A stretch of 63,715 bases of DNA from Gammaproteobacteria bacterium (GCA_024278135.1 JAJRTU010000321.1:1-63715), one strand, 5' to 3'; counted from the first letter of the stretch, positions 43,664-54,226 are shown. Numbers and translations are program-made. The notes: a model not told the origin generated them from the letters alone.

Positions 43664-44527
43664 TTAAGTCCTGCCGGTTCCGATAAGTTGTCCCATCTCC
43701 ACTTTCGAGCCCGGTTGCAGCGCTGCAGACCAGTGCATCCGGCTTTGCTCGAATAAAAGGATTACGGTTGAACCCATATTAAAGCGAGCAATCTCTTCAC
43801 CTCTGGTGAAGCTCGTTTGTGCTTTCGAACCGGGGCTGTAATCCCAGACACTCAGTTCTCTTCGCTTTGTCGGTGTTATTTCGCCCTGCCAGACGGTTTC
43901 CATACTGCCAACAAAAATGGCCCCGACCAGAATGGTGGCCATCAGACCAAATTCAGTGTCAAACAGACAGATGACTCTCTCATTGCGGGCAAACAGTTGA
44001 TCCACAGCTTTGCTGGTGGCTTCGTTAACTGAAAATAAATCACCGGGGACATAAGTCATTTTTAGCAATTCACCTTTCACCGGCAGGTGGATACGATGAT
44101 AATCCCGCGGTGAAAGGTAAAGGGTGGCGAAGCTGCCATTGTTAAAATGATCCACCGCTTTTTCATCATTGGCGAGCAGTGCCCTGAGGCTGAAATATTT
44201 GCCTTTGGCCTGCAACACGACGTCTTTATCAACCTGACCGATCTGCGAGACACTGGCGTCTACCGGGGAGACGATAGATGCAGGATTATTGTCTATTGGT
44301 CGTTCATTTTTTTTCAGACGACGACTGAAGAACTCATTGAAATTGCCATAAGATCGTGGATCGGACTGTTCCGCTATCTGCATATCAACCTGATAATAGC
44401 GGATAAAAATACGTGTAATGAAGTTCTTCCAGGGTGCCCAGCGCCAGCGGGCGATACGATGCATGCAGCGTGAAAGGCCATGCTGGGGCAGTACTGTCTG
44501 TAAAAAAATATTAATGTGGTTCCACAT
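43664..44527 (-). CDS. psd: Phosphatidylserine decarboxylase proenzyme
   Basis: FNEFFSR, QAKG, YLSPRDYHRIH, LFARNER, FNMGSTV self-cleavage motif. Confidence 0.93.
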   Translation of the reverse strand: MWNHINIFLQTVLPQHGLSRCMHRIARWRWAPWKNFITRIFIRYYQVDMQIAEQSDPRSYGNFNEFFSRRLKKNERPIDNNPASIVSPVDASVSQIGQVDKDVVLQAKGKYFSLRALLANDEKAVDHFNNGSFATLYLSPRDYHRIHLPVKGELLKMTYVPGDLFSVNEATSKAVDQLFARNERVICLFDTEFGLMATILVGAIFVGSMETVWQGEITPTKRRELSVWDYSPGSKAQTSFTRGEEIARFNMGSTVILLFEQSRMHWSAALQPGSKVEMGQLIGTGRT

Positions 44528-44553
44528 GGGAAGACGATGTCAGTGTGCAGGAA

Positions 44554-45006
44554 TTAATGAGGGTGTGCTTTGTCCGGATTAAATCGTTTTACCCGTGCTT
44601 CCACAGAGATCTGCTCGCCATCTGAAAAATACAGAGTAAGAGATGCACTTTCGCCTGCGCGAAATCGCTTCCGAGGGTTAAATAACATCAGATGGTAATC
44701 TCCGGGTGTAAACTGCAATAGGCTGTTTGCAGCTATATCCACCTGCGTCTGTAACTGCATTCTGACGATATCATCGGTGACAATGCTGCGATGAATTTCT
44801 ATCCGTTCGTAATCCGGGCTGTCTATTCTGTCAAGCGTAACTGCATGATCGGTATTGTTTTTTATAAAAAGATAGGCGGCATTGATTTTGCCGACAGGGG
44901 GTGCCTCATTGATCCAGGCATCTGACACGAGTATAGCCGGCGAATCGGCATGCAAACTGCCCGACAGCAGGCAAAGGCTTATGGTGAAATAGAGTATGAA
45001 GCGCAT
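44554..45006 (-). CDS. Copper chaperone PCu(A)C
   Basis: Signal peptide; AAY, EIH-x10-M...PGDYHLML copper motif. Confidence 0.87.
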   Translation of the reverse strand: MRFILYFTISLCLLSGSLHADSPAILVSDAWINEAPPVGKINAAYLFIKNNTDHAVTLDRIDSPDYERIEIHRSIVTDDIVRMQLQTQVDIAANSLLQFTPGDYHLMLFNPRKRFRAGESASLTLYFSDGEQISVEARVKRFNPDKAHPH

Positions 45007-45656
45007 CAGTGTTGTACTTGTTTATCAATAAAAGATCTTATTTCAAGGAAACGTGATAGCACCTCACCCGTCTGGTGAGGTGCCGGTAGAACCGCAATGA
45101 GCCGTGCTTGTGGGCTGACAAGAAACAGGGATGCTGAGTGGTCGACCAGATAATCACCACTGCTTGAGGCTTGATTATGAAAGAAAGGGATGCCCAATTG
45201 CCCGGTCAGACTTTTCACCTGTTCGAGGCTGCCACCCAGACCAAGAAAATCCTCATTAAAATAGGAGACATAGTCGTGCAGTTGTTCGCTGGTATCCCGT
45301 TCCGGGTCAACCGAGACAAAAATCATCTGTACTCCTGATTGCAGGTCCCTTGTTGCCAGTTCATCGTAGACCTGATCGAGTATTGTCAGTGTGATGGGGC
45401 AAATGTCGGGGCAGTGAGTGTAACCGAAAAACAGAAATGACCACTTGCCCTGCAAATTCTCCAGAGTAAATTCTCTGCCGTTTTGATCAATGGTGGAGAA
45501 TGCCTGCAGGCTCTTCGGGTCCGGCCACATCATGCCCTGGATATTCGGAGGTGATTGTATATGCTGTTGCCTGGCGGTAAATATACCGATGCCTGTGCCA
45601 AAAGCGATCAAGGCGATAACAATAGTGAGCGTATGCAGGGAAGGTCGATTTATCAT
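45006..45656 (-). CDS. SCO/SenC copper-binding protein
   Basis: FFGYTHCPDICP, SVDPERDT, YLVDHS. Confidence 0.92.
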   Translation of the reverse strand: MINRPSLHTLTIVIALIAFGTGIGIFTARQQHIQSPPNIQGMMWPDPKSLQAFSTIDQNGREFTLENLQGKWSFLFFGYTHCPDICPITLTILDQVYDELATRDLQSGVQMIFVSVDPERDTSEQLHDYVSYFNEDFLGLGGSLEQVKSLTGQLGIPFFHNQASSSGDYLVDHSASLFLVSPQARLIAVLPAPHQTGEVLSRFLEIRSFIDKQVQH

Positions 45657-45847
45657 GATGCGGATTATATGATAAATCAGAAGTGCAGTATTCCCTTAAG
45701 GTGGTATTAAAGATAAGTAGATGTTGACCGCTAACCCGAATTGAATCGTTTGGGGGTGATCTGACGGATTAACAGGAAGGCCTGGATTTGTCATCTGGCA
45801 TAAATAGTGCTTCCATTTTCTCGAGGTTTGATATTAAAGGAGAAGAA

Positions 45848-47317
45848 ATGGCTTGTTTGAACAGCAATAGCTTATGGTGCAGGCTGACGGTTTTACTGTT
45901 ATTTTTTATTCCCGAAGTGGCGGTATCCGCCGAGATGATGGCAGTGCAGGATTTTACCCGTCATTGGGCCGGTTTTATTTGTCTGGCCATATTCTTTGTT
46001 GCCTACACTCTGGTGATAGCCGAAGAGGCGATTCATCTGCGCAAGTCGAAGCCGGTGATCGTGGCTGCCGGCCTCATCTGGATGATTGTTGCGTTCGTCT
46101 ATGCTCAACATGGTGACACGCATACGGCCGAACTGGCGGTGCGTCATAATCTGCTGGAATTCGCTGAGCTTTTTTTATTCCTGCTGGCAGCGATGACCTA
46201 CATCAATACGATGGAAGATCGTGGTGTATTTGACCTGCTCAGAGCATGGCTGCTGTCCAGAAATTTCTCCTTTCGAACTATATTTTGTATCACTGGTGCG
46301 ATTGCTTTCGCTCTGTCGCCCATCGCGGATAACCTGACTACCGCATTGTTGATGTCAACGGTGGTGATGGCAGTGGGTGGTACCAATACTAAATTTGTGT
46401 CCCTGTCCTGTATCAATATTGTTGTGGCCGCCAATGCCGGGGGAGCGTTCAGCCCTTTTGGAGATATCACAACATTGATGGTGTGGCAGAAGGGCAGCCT
46501 TGTGCAGTTCTCTGAGTTCTTTAATCTGTTGCTGCCGTCATTAGTGAACTGGATTGTGCCTGCCACCATTATGTACTTCTTCATCGAAAATGCTCAACCG
46601 GCCACTGTTGACGAGCAGGTCGTGTTGAAAGAAGGGGCATGGATCATTGTAGGTTTATTCATTCTTACCATTACTCTTGCCGTTTGCGTACACAGCTTCT
46701 TACATCTTCCTCCTGTCATCGGCATGATGACCGGTCTTGGGTTCCTGAAATTATATGGTTATGTATTGAAACTGAAGAGTCACAAACTGCATGATCCCGG
46801 TGCAGGTGCACTCGGCGCCGAATCGTTTGAGGAAAGCCAGTCGACTGCCGGACACTCTAAAGAAGAAGCCTTTAATATCTACAAGAAGCTGGCACGCGCC
46901 GAATGGGATACTCTGATGTTTTTTTATGGTGTCATACTTTGTGTGGGTGGTCTGGGGACATTGGGTTATCTGCAGCTCATATCAGAAGTAATGTATCAGG
47001 ATCTGGGGATCACACAGGCCAATATTCTGGTGGGTTTTCTTTCTGCTCTTATTGACAATATTCCGGTTATGTTTGCCGTGCTCGCCATGTTACCTGATAT
47101 GGAACTGGGGCAATGGCTGTTAGTGACGCTGACAGCCGGTGTTGGCGGTTCATTATTGTCGGTGGGATCCGCTGCCGGTGTTGCCGTAATGGGGCAGGCC
47201 AGGGGGGTGTATACTTTTATGGCCCATCTGAAGTGGAGTTGGGCGATATTGCTTGGTTATGCGGCATCGATCTGGGTACATTTTCTCGTAAACAGTCGAT
47301 TTTTCAATCAATTATAA
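45848..47317 (+). CDS. nhaD: Na+/H+ antiporter NhaD
   Basis: HLRKSKPV, ADNLTTAL, ANAGGAFSPFGDITTLMVW, DNIP, GGSLLSVGSAAGVA. Confidence 0.9.
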   Translation: MACLNSNSLWCRLTVLLLFFIPEVAVSAEMMAVQDFTRHWAGFICLAIFFVAYTLVIAEEAIHLRKSKPVIVAAGLIWMIVAFVYAQHGDTHTAELAVRHNLLEFAELFLFLLAAMTYINTMEDRGVFDLLRAWLLSRNFSFRTIFCITGAIAFALSPIADNLTTALLMSTVVMAVGGTNTKFVSLSCINIVVAANAGGAFSPFGDITTLMVWQKGSLVQFSEFFNLLLPSLVNWIVPATIMYFFIENAQPATVDEQVVLKEGAWIIVGLFILTITLAVCVHSFLHLPPVIGMMTGLGFLKLYGYVLKLKSHKLHDPGAGALGAESFEESQSTAGHSKEEAFNIYKKLARAEWDTLMFFYGVILCVGGLGTLGYLQLISEVMYQDLGITQANILVGFLSALIDNIPVMFAVLAMLPDMELGQWLLVTLTAGVGGSLLSVGSAAGVAVMGQARGVYTFMAHLKWSWAILLGYAASIWVHFLVNSRFFNQL

Positions 47318-47457
47318 TCTCTGCACGCAAGCGCCACATTCGTTATAATCCAGTGCGTTGCGCAGCTGCTCAGTTGACGGAACGGGTTGGCAAAACGTAT
47401 CATTCTATCTGTAATTCATTCAGGCTTTTGAGATTCAAGATGTTTCCGGGACTAAAA

Positions 47458-48888
47458 ATGATAATAAAAATGTTATTAGCGGTGACCGCTGTATTATTTT
47501 CCACTATAGCATTTGCTGCTGATGGGCATGGCGCTGCTGAGATGCAGATGATGACTGAGCCGCTTGAGTTTACAAAAGCCATGGCAGTATCTGCCATCGT
47601 ACTGGCCGTTACTTTTATCGGGATTTTTACTGAGACCATACATGGTATGGAACGCTCCAAATTTGCCGCAGCCGGAGCCATTGTGATGATTATCCTTGGC
47701 CAGGTCTATGGTTTTTACACACCGGAGCTGGCCATCGGAGCCGTGGACTGGAACGTCGTTTTTTTACTGGGCTGCATGATGACGGTTGTTGCCATCATGA
47801 TTCCAACCGGTGGATTCAACTGGATGGCCTATAAGATGGCGGCTATGAGCAAGGGTCGCCTGTACTTGATGCTGGTCATGCTGGGAACGGCTGTCACCGT
47901 CATGTCCTTGTTGTTGGACAATGTGACTACGGTGGTCATCTTTGGCCCACTGATTATCCTGATTGCCCGCGCACAGAAAGTTACGCCCATTCCTTATTTA
48001 CTGGCCGCCGCCCTGTTATCTGACACTGGTGGCGTGGCGACACTGGTGGGTGATCCGCCCAACCTGATGATTGGTTCGGCCGCAGGCATCAATTTCAACA
48101 CTTTCATTATCCATATGGGGCCACCGGTCATCGTCGCCTGGTTTGTGTGTTTAATTGCACTCAAATTTTTGTTCAGGAAAGAACTGAGCGTGACACCGGA
48201 ATATTCTTTTTCCGATGAGGTGCCCATTAAAAATAAAAGACTCTGGTATGCCTCACTGACGATATTGGCCGCTATGGTGGTCCTGTTCACTATCCATGGC
48301 AGGCTCGGCTGGGAACCCTGGTTTGTTTCGGCGATGGGTATGACCGCCCTGGTCTTTATGTCACGCCATGTCATTATGGACAAGACCTTTGAGCATGTGG
48401 AGATCGCCCTGCTGGTGTTCTTTATATCCCTGTTTATGGTGATAGGCGGGGTAGAGCACAGTCAATTCCTGATGTACCTGGGCCAGTTTATTACACCTTT
48501 TGTTCAGGATGATTTAATGATCGCTGCAATCGCCTTGATGTGGGTGGGTGCGATTTTATCGGCAATGATAGATAACATTCCGTTTACGGCAGCCATGATT
48601 CCCATCATCCTCAGCCTGGATGCACAGGGCATTAATGTTTCTCCCCTGTGGTGGGCTCTGGCTATGGGTGTCGGCATGGGGGGTAACGGTACGCATATCG
48701 GTTCCACCGCCAATGTATTTATTGTGACCATATCCGAACGCCTGGCGAGAGAAGAGAATGATAAAAGTCTGGCGATTACGCCGATGGTATGGTTTAAGAA
48801 GGGTACACCTATCATGTTACTCACCTTGATGACCTGCACCCTGATTATGGTCTTTTTCTTCGACTGGTTTACCTCACCGGTCAACTGA
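47458..48888 (+). CDS. ArsB/NhaD (ion transporter superfamily) permease, P-protein-like
   Basis: LDNVTTV, GGVATLVGDPPN, IDNIPF, GGNGTHIGSTAN; start uncertain (47440, 47458 or 47470). Confidence 0.85.
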   Translation: MIIKMLLAVTAVLFSTIAFAADGHGAAEMQMMTEPLEFTKAMAVSAIVLAVTFIGIFTETIHGMERSKFAAAGAIVMIILGQVYGFYTPELAIGAVDWNVVFLLGCMMTVVAIMIPTGGFNWMAYKMAAMSKGRLYLMLVMLGTAVTVMSLLLDNVTTVVIFGPLIILIARAQKVTPIPYLLAAALLSDTGGVATLVGDPPNLMIGSAAGINFNTFIIHMGPPVIVAWFVCLIALKFLFRKELSVTPEYSFSDEVPIKNKRLWYASLTILAAMVVLFTIHGRLGWEPWFVSAMGMTALVFMSRHVIMDKTFEHVEIALLVFFISLFMVIGGVEHSQFLMYLGQFITPFVQDDLMIAAIALMWVGAILSAMIDNIPFTAAMIPIILSLDAQGINVSPLWWALAMGVGMGGNGTHIGSTANVFIVTISERLAREENDKSLAITPMVWFKKGTPIMLLTLMTCTLIMVFFFDWFTSPVN

Positions 48889-48942
48889 AACGGAAGAGCA
48901 ATACCTGAGGCAGAATGCGCTGGAACTTCAACAGGGTATTGT

Positions 48943-49425
48943 TCAGTCCCTGAAGTTGGTGTATTGAAGAGGCAGTCCCAGGTTTTGCTGTTTTAGAAAA
49001 GTGATGGCTTCCTGCAGGTCGTCACGTTTCTTGCCCGCAATCCGAACCTGATCTCCCTGAATACTCGATTGCACTTTTAATTTGGTGTTTTTGACAAGTT
49101 TCACTATTTTTCTCGCCAGTTCCTTGTCAATTCCCTGTCGTACCGTTATTTGTTGGCGAGCCTCATTGTTACTCTCCTGGATATCGCCGTATTCAAGACA
49201 GCCGATATCAATACCCCGTTTGGACAGTTTTGACTGCAGGATATCAATAATCTGTTTTATCTGAAATTCGGCCGGTGCAATCAAGGTCAGGATGGCTTCC
49301 TTATGTTCGATTCTGGAATTCGTTCCCTTGAAATCAAAACGATTGGACACTTCACGATTGCTCTGATCAATGGCATTGGTCAATTCGTGAGTGTCGATTT
49401 CAGATACTACATCAAACGAAGGCAT
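48943..49425 (-). CDS. yajQ: YajQ family nucleotide/c-di-GMP-binding protein
   Basis: MPSFDVVS, RFDFKG, IQGDQVR..GKKRDDLQ, NFRD. Confidence 0.95.
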   Translation of the reverse strand: MPSFDVVSEIDTHELTNAIDQSNREVSNRFDFKGTNSRIEHKEAILTLIAPAEFQIKQIIDILQSKLSKRGIDIGCLEYGDIQESNNEARQQITVRQGIDKELARKIVKLVKNTKLKVQSSIQGDQVRIAGKKRDDLQEAITFLKQQNLGLPLQYTNFRD

Positions 49426-49500
49426 GCGTATTCTCCTGATATGGCAGATGGCCGATATTGTGACAGCAGGGCGGGTGGATTCCAATAGCGCTGCCGGATA

Positions 49501-49845
49501 TTAATGCAAGGACGGTGGTCTGGATTGATGGAAAGTATTTTGACCATCCGGGCCTTCCAGATGGCTTTCGATGATGCTGTTTCCCAGCAGGCTGACATAA
49601 CCCGAGAAACGGTCGACGCCGTTTTCGCTGACTTCAAACTGAAATCGTCTTAATAACCTCAGATTGCCGTCATCGGCCCTTTTAAGAGTAAGCGAGACAA
49701 GTGCGACAGTTTGGTCAAGCAGTTGTAAATCCGATTCCCGGCACAATTGTTTGCAATGTTTAATGACGAATTCGCGTATGCGTAAACTCTCAAACCAGAC
49801 AACTGTAAGGATTAAAATACCAAGTAATAAGAATATAATATCCAT
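49501..49845 (-). CDS. DUF3301-like small membrane protein
   Basis: N-terminal TM; C...LQLLDQTVAL, RRFQFE.S..G.DR. Confidence 0.7.
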   Translation of the reverse strand: MDIIFLLLGILILTVVWFESLRIREFVIKHCKQLCRESDLQLLDQTVALVSLTLKRADDGNLRLLRRFQFEVSENGVDRFSGYVSLLGNSIIESHLEGPDGQNTFHQSRPPSLH

Positions 49846-49865
49846 GTTGAACGGATAATATTATA

Positions 49866-50957
49866 TTATTTATCCAGCAAAAATTTGGTAAAGGCCTCAG
49901 TATAACTTTCTTCGAAGTCGGCCTTTGTCCGGACAATAAACAACACAGGAATTTTCTCCTGTCTTGCCAGCTTGTCAGCAGCTTCCTTGCCCATAACCAG
50001 AAAAGCAGTGGCGAGGGCATCCGCCCAGGCCGCCGATGGATGCAGCACGGTGACCGATGCCAATGAGTGGGTAATTGGACGCCCCGTATCGGGATCAATA
50101 GTATGAGAATAGCGTTTACCATCCTGTTCAAAATAATTCCGATAATCTCCGGATGTCGCCATGGCAATATTATCCAGTTTTATCACGCGTTGTACGGCAC
50201 GTTGTCCCGGCAGAGGCTTTTCAATACCGATACGCCAGGCGAAATTGATTTCATTGACGCCACTCGCGCGAATTTCACCACCTATCTCCACCATGTAATT
50301 TTCGATATTTTGCTGGGCCAGGTATTCTGCAATCCTGTCCACAGCATAACCTTTGGCAATGCCTGAGAGATCAATATAAATATCGTCAATCGTCTCTTTC
50401 AATGCCGCAGGTGACTTGCGCAGTTTGATGTGTTCAAAGCCGGTTGTTGCCAGTGCTGCGGAAACAGCTGCTGCGTCGGGAGACTGCTGTGGCTGCCGGG
50501 AAGGGCCAAAACCCCACAAATTGACCAGTGGGCCTACGGTAATATCAAAACTGCCATTGGTCAGTTTGCTGATGCTGATGGCATCGCTGAGTACCTGGTA
50601 TAGCTCGGCAGAGACAGGTATCCATTCCTGACTGTTGTTTTTGTTGATAAGAGACAATTCTGAATCATCAATATAAGTGGACATCTTGTTATTAATATCG
50701 GCAAGGAGCTCTGCCACATCAGCATTGATTTTTTCAATCGACAGCTGAATGTCAGGTTCATTTATCTTGATGGTATAGTTTGTCCCCATTGTCAGGCCAC
50801 CGACAACCATCGGCGGAACAGAGTTGGCATTGTTACCGCAGCCGGAACTGAAGGCGATAAAAACCAGCAAGATAAAGATGGCTGGACAGCGGTGAATACA
50901 GAGTGACAGGGGGGAGAACGTGATCAAGCCTGCTGGTACGGATTGTCTGTTAAGCAT
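49866..50957 (-). CDS. apbE: FAD:protein FMN transferase (ApbE lipoprotein)
   Basis: Lipobox SSGC, TMGT, FDITVGPLVNLWGF, DLSGIAKG, ATSGDY, ADALAT; start approximate. Confidence 0.92.
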   Translation of the reverse strand: MLNRQSVPAGLITFSPLSLCIHRCPAIFILLVFIAFSSGCGNNANSVPPMVVGGLTMGTNYTIKINEPDIQLSIEKINADVAELLADINNKMSTYIDDSELSLINKNNSQEWIPVSAELYQVLSDAISISKLTNGSFDITVGPLVNLWGFGPSRQPQQSPDAAAVSAALATTGFEHIKLRKSPAALKETIDDIYIDLSGIAKGYAVDRIAEYLAQQNIENYMVEIGGEIRASGVNEINFAWRIGIEKPLPGQRAVQRVIKLDNIAMATSGDYRNYFEQDGKRYSHTIDPDTGRPITHSLASVTVLHPSAAWADALATAFLVMGKEAADKLARQEKIPVLFIVRTKADFEESYTEAFTKFLLDK

Positions 50958-50967
50958 TGAAAAGTAT

Positions 50968-52728
50968 TTATCGGGCGGGTGCTGATTTCTTTGGCTGTCT
51001 GGAAGGAACACTGGGACGATGATACGGGACCACCAATGAAACTTCACCCTGCCTGTGTTTCTGTTTTATCTCCCGCCAGTAGTTCGCCGTGAGCAGATCA
51101 CCATGCACTTCCAGAAACAGCGCCCTGAGCTCATCGTCCATGGACAGAAACTTGATAAATTCTTCAGGGAAGATGTCATTATTATTTACATAATACCAGG
51201 CTTCGGAACGCATCATGTCATCCTCATCACGTGCCTGCGGGATCTCCCTGAAATTACACTCAGTGACCAGGGCCACCTCATCGTAATCATAAAACACCAC
51301 CCGTTCATGGCGGGTGACACCAAAATTCTTCAGCAGTAGATCGCCGGGGAAGATATCCGTATTGGCCAGATCACGGATGGTTTGTCCATAATCCAGTATG
51401 GCCCGTTCCGCAGCGGCACGATGTGCTTCCTGTATATAAAGATTCAACGGTCTTACACGACGCTCGATATAAACATGGTTGATGATCAGATTGTCAGCTT
51501 CAATGATGACGGTTTCACTTGCTTCGCCGAGTAACTCATCCAGCAATTTCGGTGCGAAACGATCCAGCGGAAATTCAAGCATACGAAATTCCTGAGTGTC
51601 TATTAATCTGCCTGCACGGTCATGCTTGGACACCAGTCGGTATTTTTCCAGTACATCATCTCGTTTGATTGTCTTGGGGTAGCCGAATTTGTCACGGATG
51701 ATTTTGAATACCAGATCATAGGAAGGTAAAGTGAAGACGATCATGACCAGACCCTTGTCGCCGGCGGCATGTACAAACTTTTCCGTGGTGCTGTTGAGGT
51801 GATGACTGAAGATCCGATAGCGTTCGGTTTTTCCCTGTCGCAGACGGCCCAGTACTGTATATAGTTCATCGATGGGTTTGCGAGGCAAAATGGTGTGGAG
51901 AAAATGTACAGCGGCGACCACTGAATTGGGATCGGCAAAGTAATAGGAGCGCGTATAACTGAATATGATGCTGACTTCGTCTTCGTACATGAGAACGGCA
52001 TCAACACAAATACCGTCATCCGAATTTTTCAGCGCGATAACAATGGGTGAAATCTTGTTTTGCAGCACTATTCTACCCACCAGGTAGGCGCGCGCGGACT
52101 GGTAAAAGACAGAGTTGATAAACTCAAAGCGCATCAGTTCGTTCAATCCGTCGAAGTTGTTGAGAATATGTTGTTCCACCTCACGGGCTATGAAATCAAC
52201 ATTCTTGTCGATATCGGTATAAGAGACCTTGAAGGCAAAGTCATTGAGGATTTGTGAGAATATATCGGTCAGAGAATCCCAGTAAGGATAACGTTGCAGG
52301 TTTAATGACCGAATCAGTTCCAGTTCATCTTCAAAAGGTGGAGAGACAAACTCCAGTTCCGGGTCAATACCAACAGTACCGAAAATACGACGGGTGATGG
52401 AGTTGAAATAGGTCTTGATAAAGCCGGCATCGGGGACCTTGTCCAGGCGTTCGCCAAAATATTGTATTATTTCGTTCCACAGCCCATGGTCATTTACGCG
52501 CGGACCCAGGGATTTACGCAGGGAAAGTACCAGCCGTTGAACGGATTTTTCATATAAATCAACCCGTTCAACGATATCCTTTTGATGGCCCTGCCAGTCG
52601 CGCTGTTCAAAGCGACGACGGGCGCGGTTGGTGGTGCGACAAAAGGCATCGTTATAGCGCAAAAAGCTGGCATAAATAGCCTTTGCACTTTTTGCAACGA
52701 TGCCTCCGTCGGAGGCGGAACTGCCCAT
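50968..52728 (-). CDS. aceK: Isocitrate dehydrogenase kinase/phosphatase
   Basis: GKTERYR, G.KGLVMIVFTLPSYD.VFKII.D, HDRAGR, FPGDLLLKNFGVTRH.RVVFYDYDE, DIFPE. Confidence 0.94.
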   Translation of the reverse strand: MGSSASDGGIVAKSAKAIYASFLRYNDAFCRTTNRARRRFEQRDWQGHQKDIVERVDLYEKSVQRLVLSLRKSLGPRVNDHGLWNEIIQYFGERLDKVPDAGFIKTYFNSITRRIFGTVGIDPELEFVSPPFEDELELIRSLNLQRYPYWDSLTDIFSQILNDFAFKVSYTDIDKNVDFIAREVEQHILNNFDGLNELMRFEFINSVFYQSARAYLVGRIVLQNKISPIVIALKNSDDGICVDAVLMYEDEVSIIFSYTRSYYFADPNSVVAAVHFLHTILPRKPIDELYTVLGRLRQGKTERYRIFSHHLNSTTEKFVHAAGDKGLVMIVFTLPSYDLVFKIIRDKFGYPKTIKRDDVLEKYRLVSKHDRAGRLIDTQEFRMLEFPLDRFAPKLLDELLGEASETVIIEADNLIINHVYIERRVRPLNLYIQEAHRAAAERAILDYGQTIRDLANTDIFPGDLLLKNFGVTRHERVVFYDYDEVALVTECNFREIPQARDEDDMMRSEAWYYVNNNDIFPEEFIKFLSMDDELRALFLEVHGDLLTANYWREIKQKHRQGEVSLVVPYHRPSVPSRQPKKSAPAR

Positions 52729-54024
52729 TTACATATTGGCAACCATGGCTTCGGCAAAAGCACTGCATTTCACTTCATTCGCGCCTTCCATCAAGCGGGC
52801 AAAATCATAAGTGACCGTTTTCTGGGCAATGGTCCTGTCCATGGACTGGAGCACCAGTTCCGCGGCTTCAGTCCAGCCCAGATAGCGCAGCATCATCTCA
52901 CCGGAAAGAATCAACGAACCCGGGTTGACCTTGTCCTGGCCTGCGTATTTCGGCGCCGTGCCGTGAGTTGCTTCAAAAATGGCGTGGCCGGTGTCGTAAT
53001 TGATGTTGCCACCAGGTGCAATGCCGATACCACCCACCTGTGCCGCCAGGGCATCGGAGAGGTAATCACCATTGAGATTCATCGTCGCGATCACATCAAA
53101 TTCTTTCGGTCGTGTCAGCACCTGTTGCAGGGTAATGTCGGCGATGGCGTCCTTGATCAGGATCTTGCCGGCGGCCAGGGCCTCTTCCTGCTGCTGGTTG
53201 GCTACGTCATTGCCCTTTTCAGCGGCGGTGCGTTCCCATTGATCCCAGCTGTAGGTATCATCCGGGAATGCCTCTTCGGCCAGCTGATAACCCCAGTTAC
53301 GAAAGGCACCCTCGGTGAATTTCATGATGTTGCCCTTGTGTACCAGGGTCACGCTTTTACGCTTGTTGTCGATGGCAAATTTAACTGCGGCACGCATCAG
53401 ACGATAGGTCCCTTCCTGTGAAATGGGTTTAACGCCAATGCCTGCCGTGTCAGGAAAGCGAATTTTCTGATATTGCTCCGGGAAAGTCTCTTTGAACAGG
53501 TCAAGAAACTTCTTTACGTCCTCGCTGCCTTCCTCAAATTCAATACCGGTGTAAATATCTTCTGTATTTTCACGGAAAATCACCATATCGACAGATTCAG
53601 GGTGGAGGATGGGGGAGGGCACGCCTTTGAACCAACGTACCGGACGCAAGCAGACATAGAGGTCAAGAATCTGTCTCAGCGCCACATTCAGGGAGCGGAT
53701 ACCGCCACCAATTGGCGTTGTCAGCGGGCCTTTGATGGAGACCAGGTATTTCCGACAATGATCCAGGGTTTCTTCCGGTAACCAGGAACCTGTCTGGTTA
53801 TTGGCTTTCTCTCCTGCCAATACCTCCAGCCAGTGGATCTGTCTGTTGCCACCGTAGGCCTTGTTGACGGCGGCATCGAGCACCATGTTGGTTGCACGCC
53901 AAACATCGGGGCCGATACCGTCACCTTCTATGTAGGGGATAACAGGATTGACCGGAACTTCCAGTTTGCCGTTTGAAATAGTGATTTTCGCCCCTTCTGC
54001 GGGCGATTGCGTTGCTGTTGCCAC
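52729..54024 (-). CDS. icd: NADP-dependent isocitrate dehydrogenase (dimeric)
   Basis: [54 protein letters not shown]. Confidence 0.96.
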   Translation of the reverse strand: MATATQSPAEGAKITISNGKLEVPVNPVIPYIEGDGIGPDVWRATNMVLDAAVNKAYGGNRQIHWLEVLAGEKANNQTGSWLPEETLDHCRKYLVSIKGPLTTPIGGGIRSLNVALRQILDLYVCLRPVRWFKGVPSPILHPESVDMVIFRENTEDIYTGIEFEEGSEDVKKFLDLFKETFPEQYQKIRFPDTAGIGVKPISQEGTYRLMRAAVKFAIDNKRKSVTLVHKGNIMKFTEGAFRNWGYQLAEEAFPDDTYSWDQWERTAAEKGNDVANQQQEEALAAGKILIKDAIADITLQQVLTRPKEFDVIATMNLNGDYLSDALAAQVGGIGIAPGGNINYDTGHAIFEATHGTAPKYAGQDKVNPGSLILSGEMMLRYLGWTEAAELVLQSMDRTIAQKTVTYDFARLMEGANEVKCSAFAEAMVANM

Positions 54025-54136
54025 GAATACTCTCCTCTGATTTAGCTTCAGTTAAAAAGAAATTCAATTACGAATCCGGCATACGGGGATCGCCTCAGGC
54101 AAGCCCGTTCAATATGCGCATATTCGTTATATTGTA

Positions 54137-54165
54137 TTGACATATTCTACCGCTTTCTCTATCTT
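54137..54165 (+). promoter_or_regulatory. Sigma70 promoter for the SAM-II/metZ transcript
   Basis: TTGACA (54137-54142), 17 bp spacer, TATCTT (54160-54165); predicted +1 falls at the riboswitch start. Confidence 0.65.
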
Positions 54166-54171
54166 AATGCC

Positions 54172-54226
54172 TGCGCCGATTTGATATTCAGCTTGCGGGC
54201 GCATAATAAATACGGCTAAAGAGAGG
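54172..54226 (+). ncRNA. SAM-II (SAM-alpha) riboswitch
   Basis: tGCGCCGATTTGAtattcaGCTTGCGGGCGCAtaaTAAATacgGCTAAAGagagg fits the SAM-II pattern (P1 GCGCC/GGCGC, GAUUU, UUGC, AAAU..GCUAAA); upstream of a methionine biosynthesis gene. Confidence 0.85.

Noticed and set aside
52582..53421. 279-aa plus-strand ORF and the many other antisense ORFs in the track
   Set aside because: They are shadows of well-conserved genes on the opposite strand (here icd) and have no motifs of their own.
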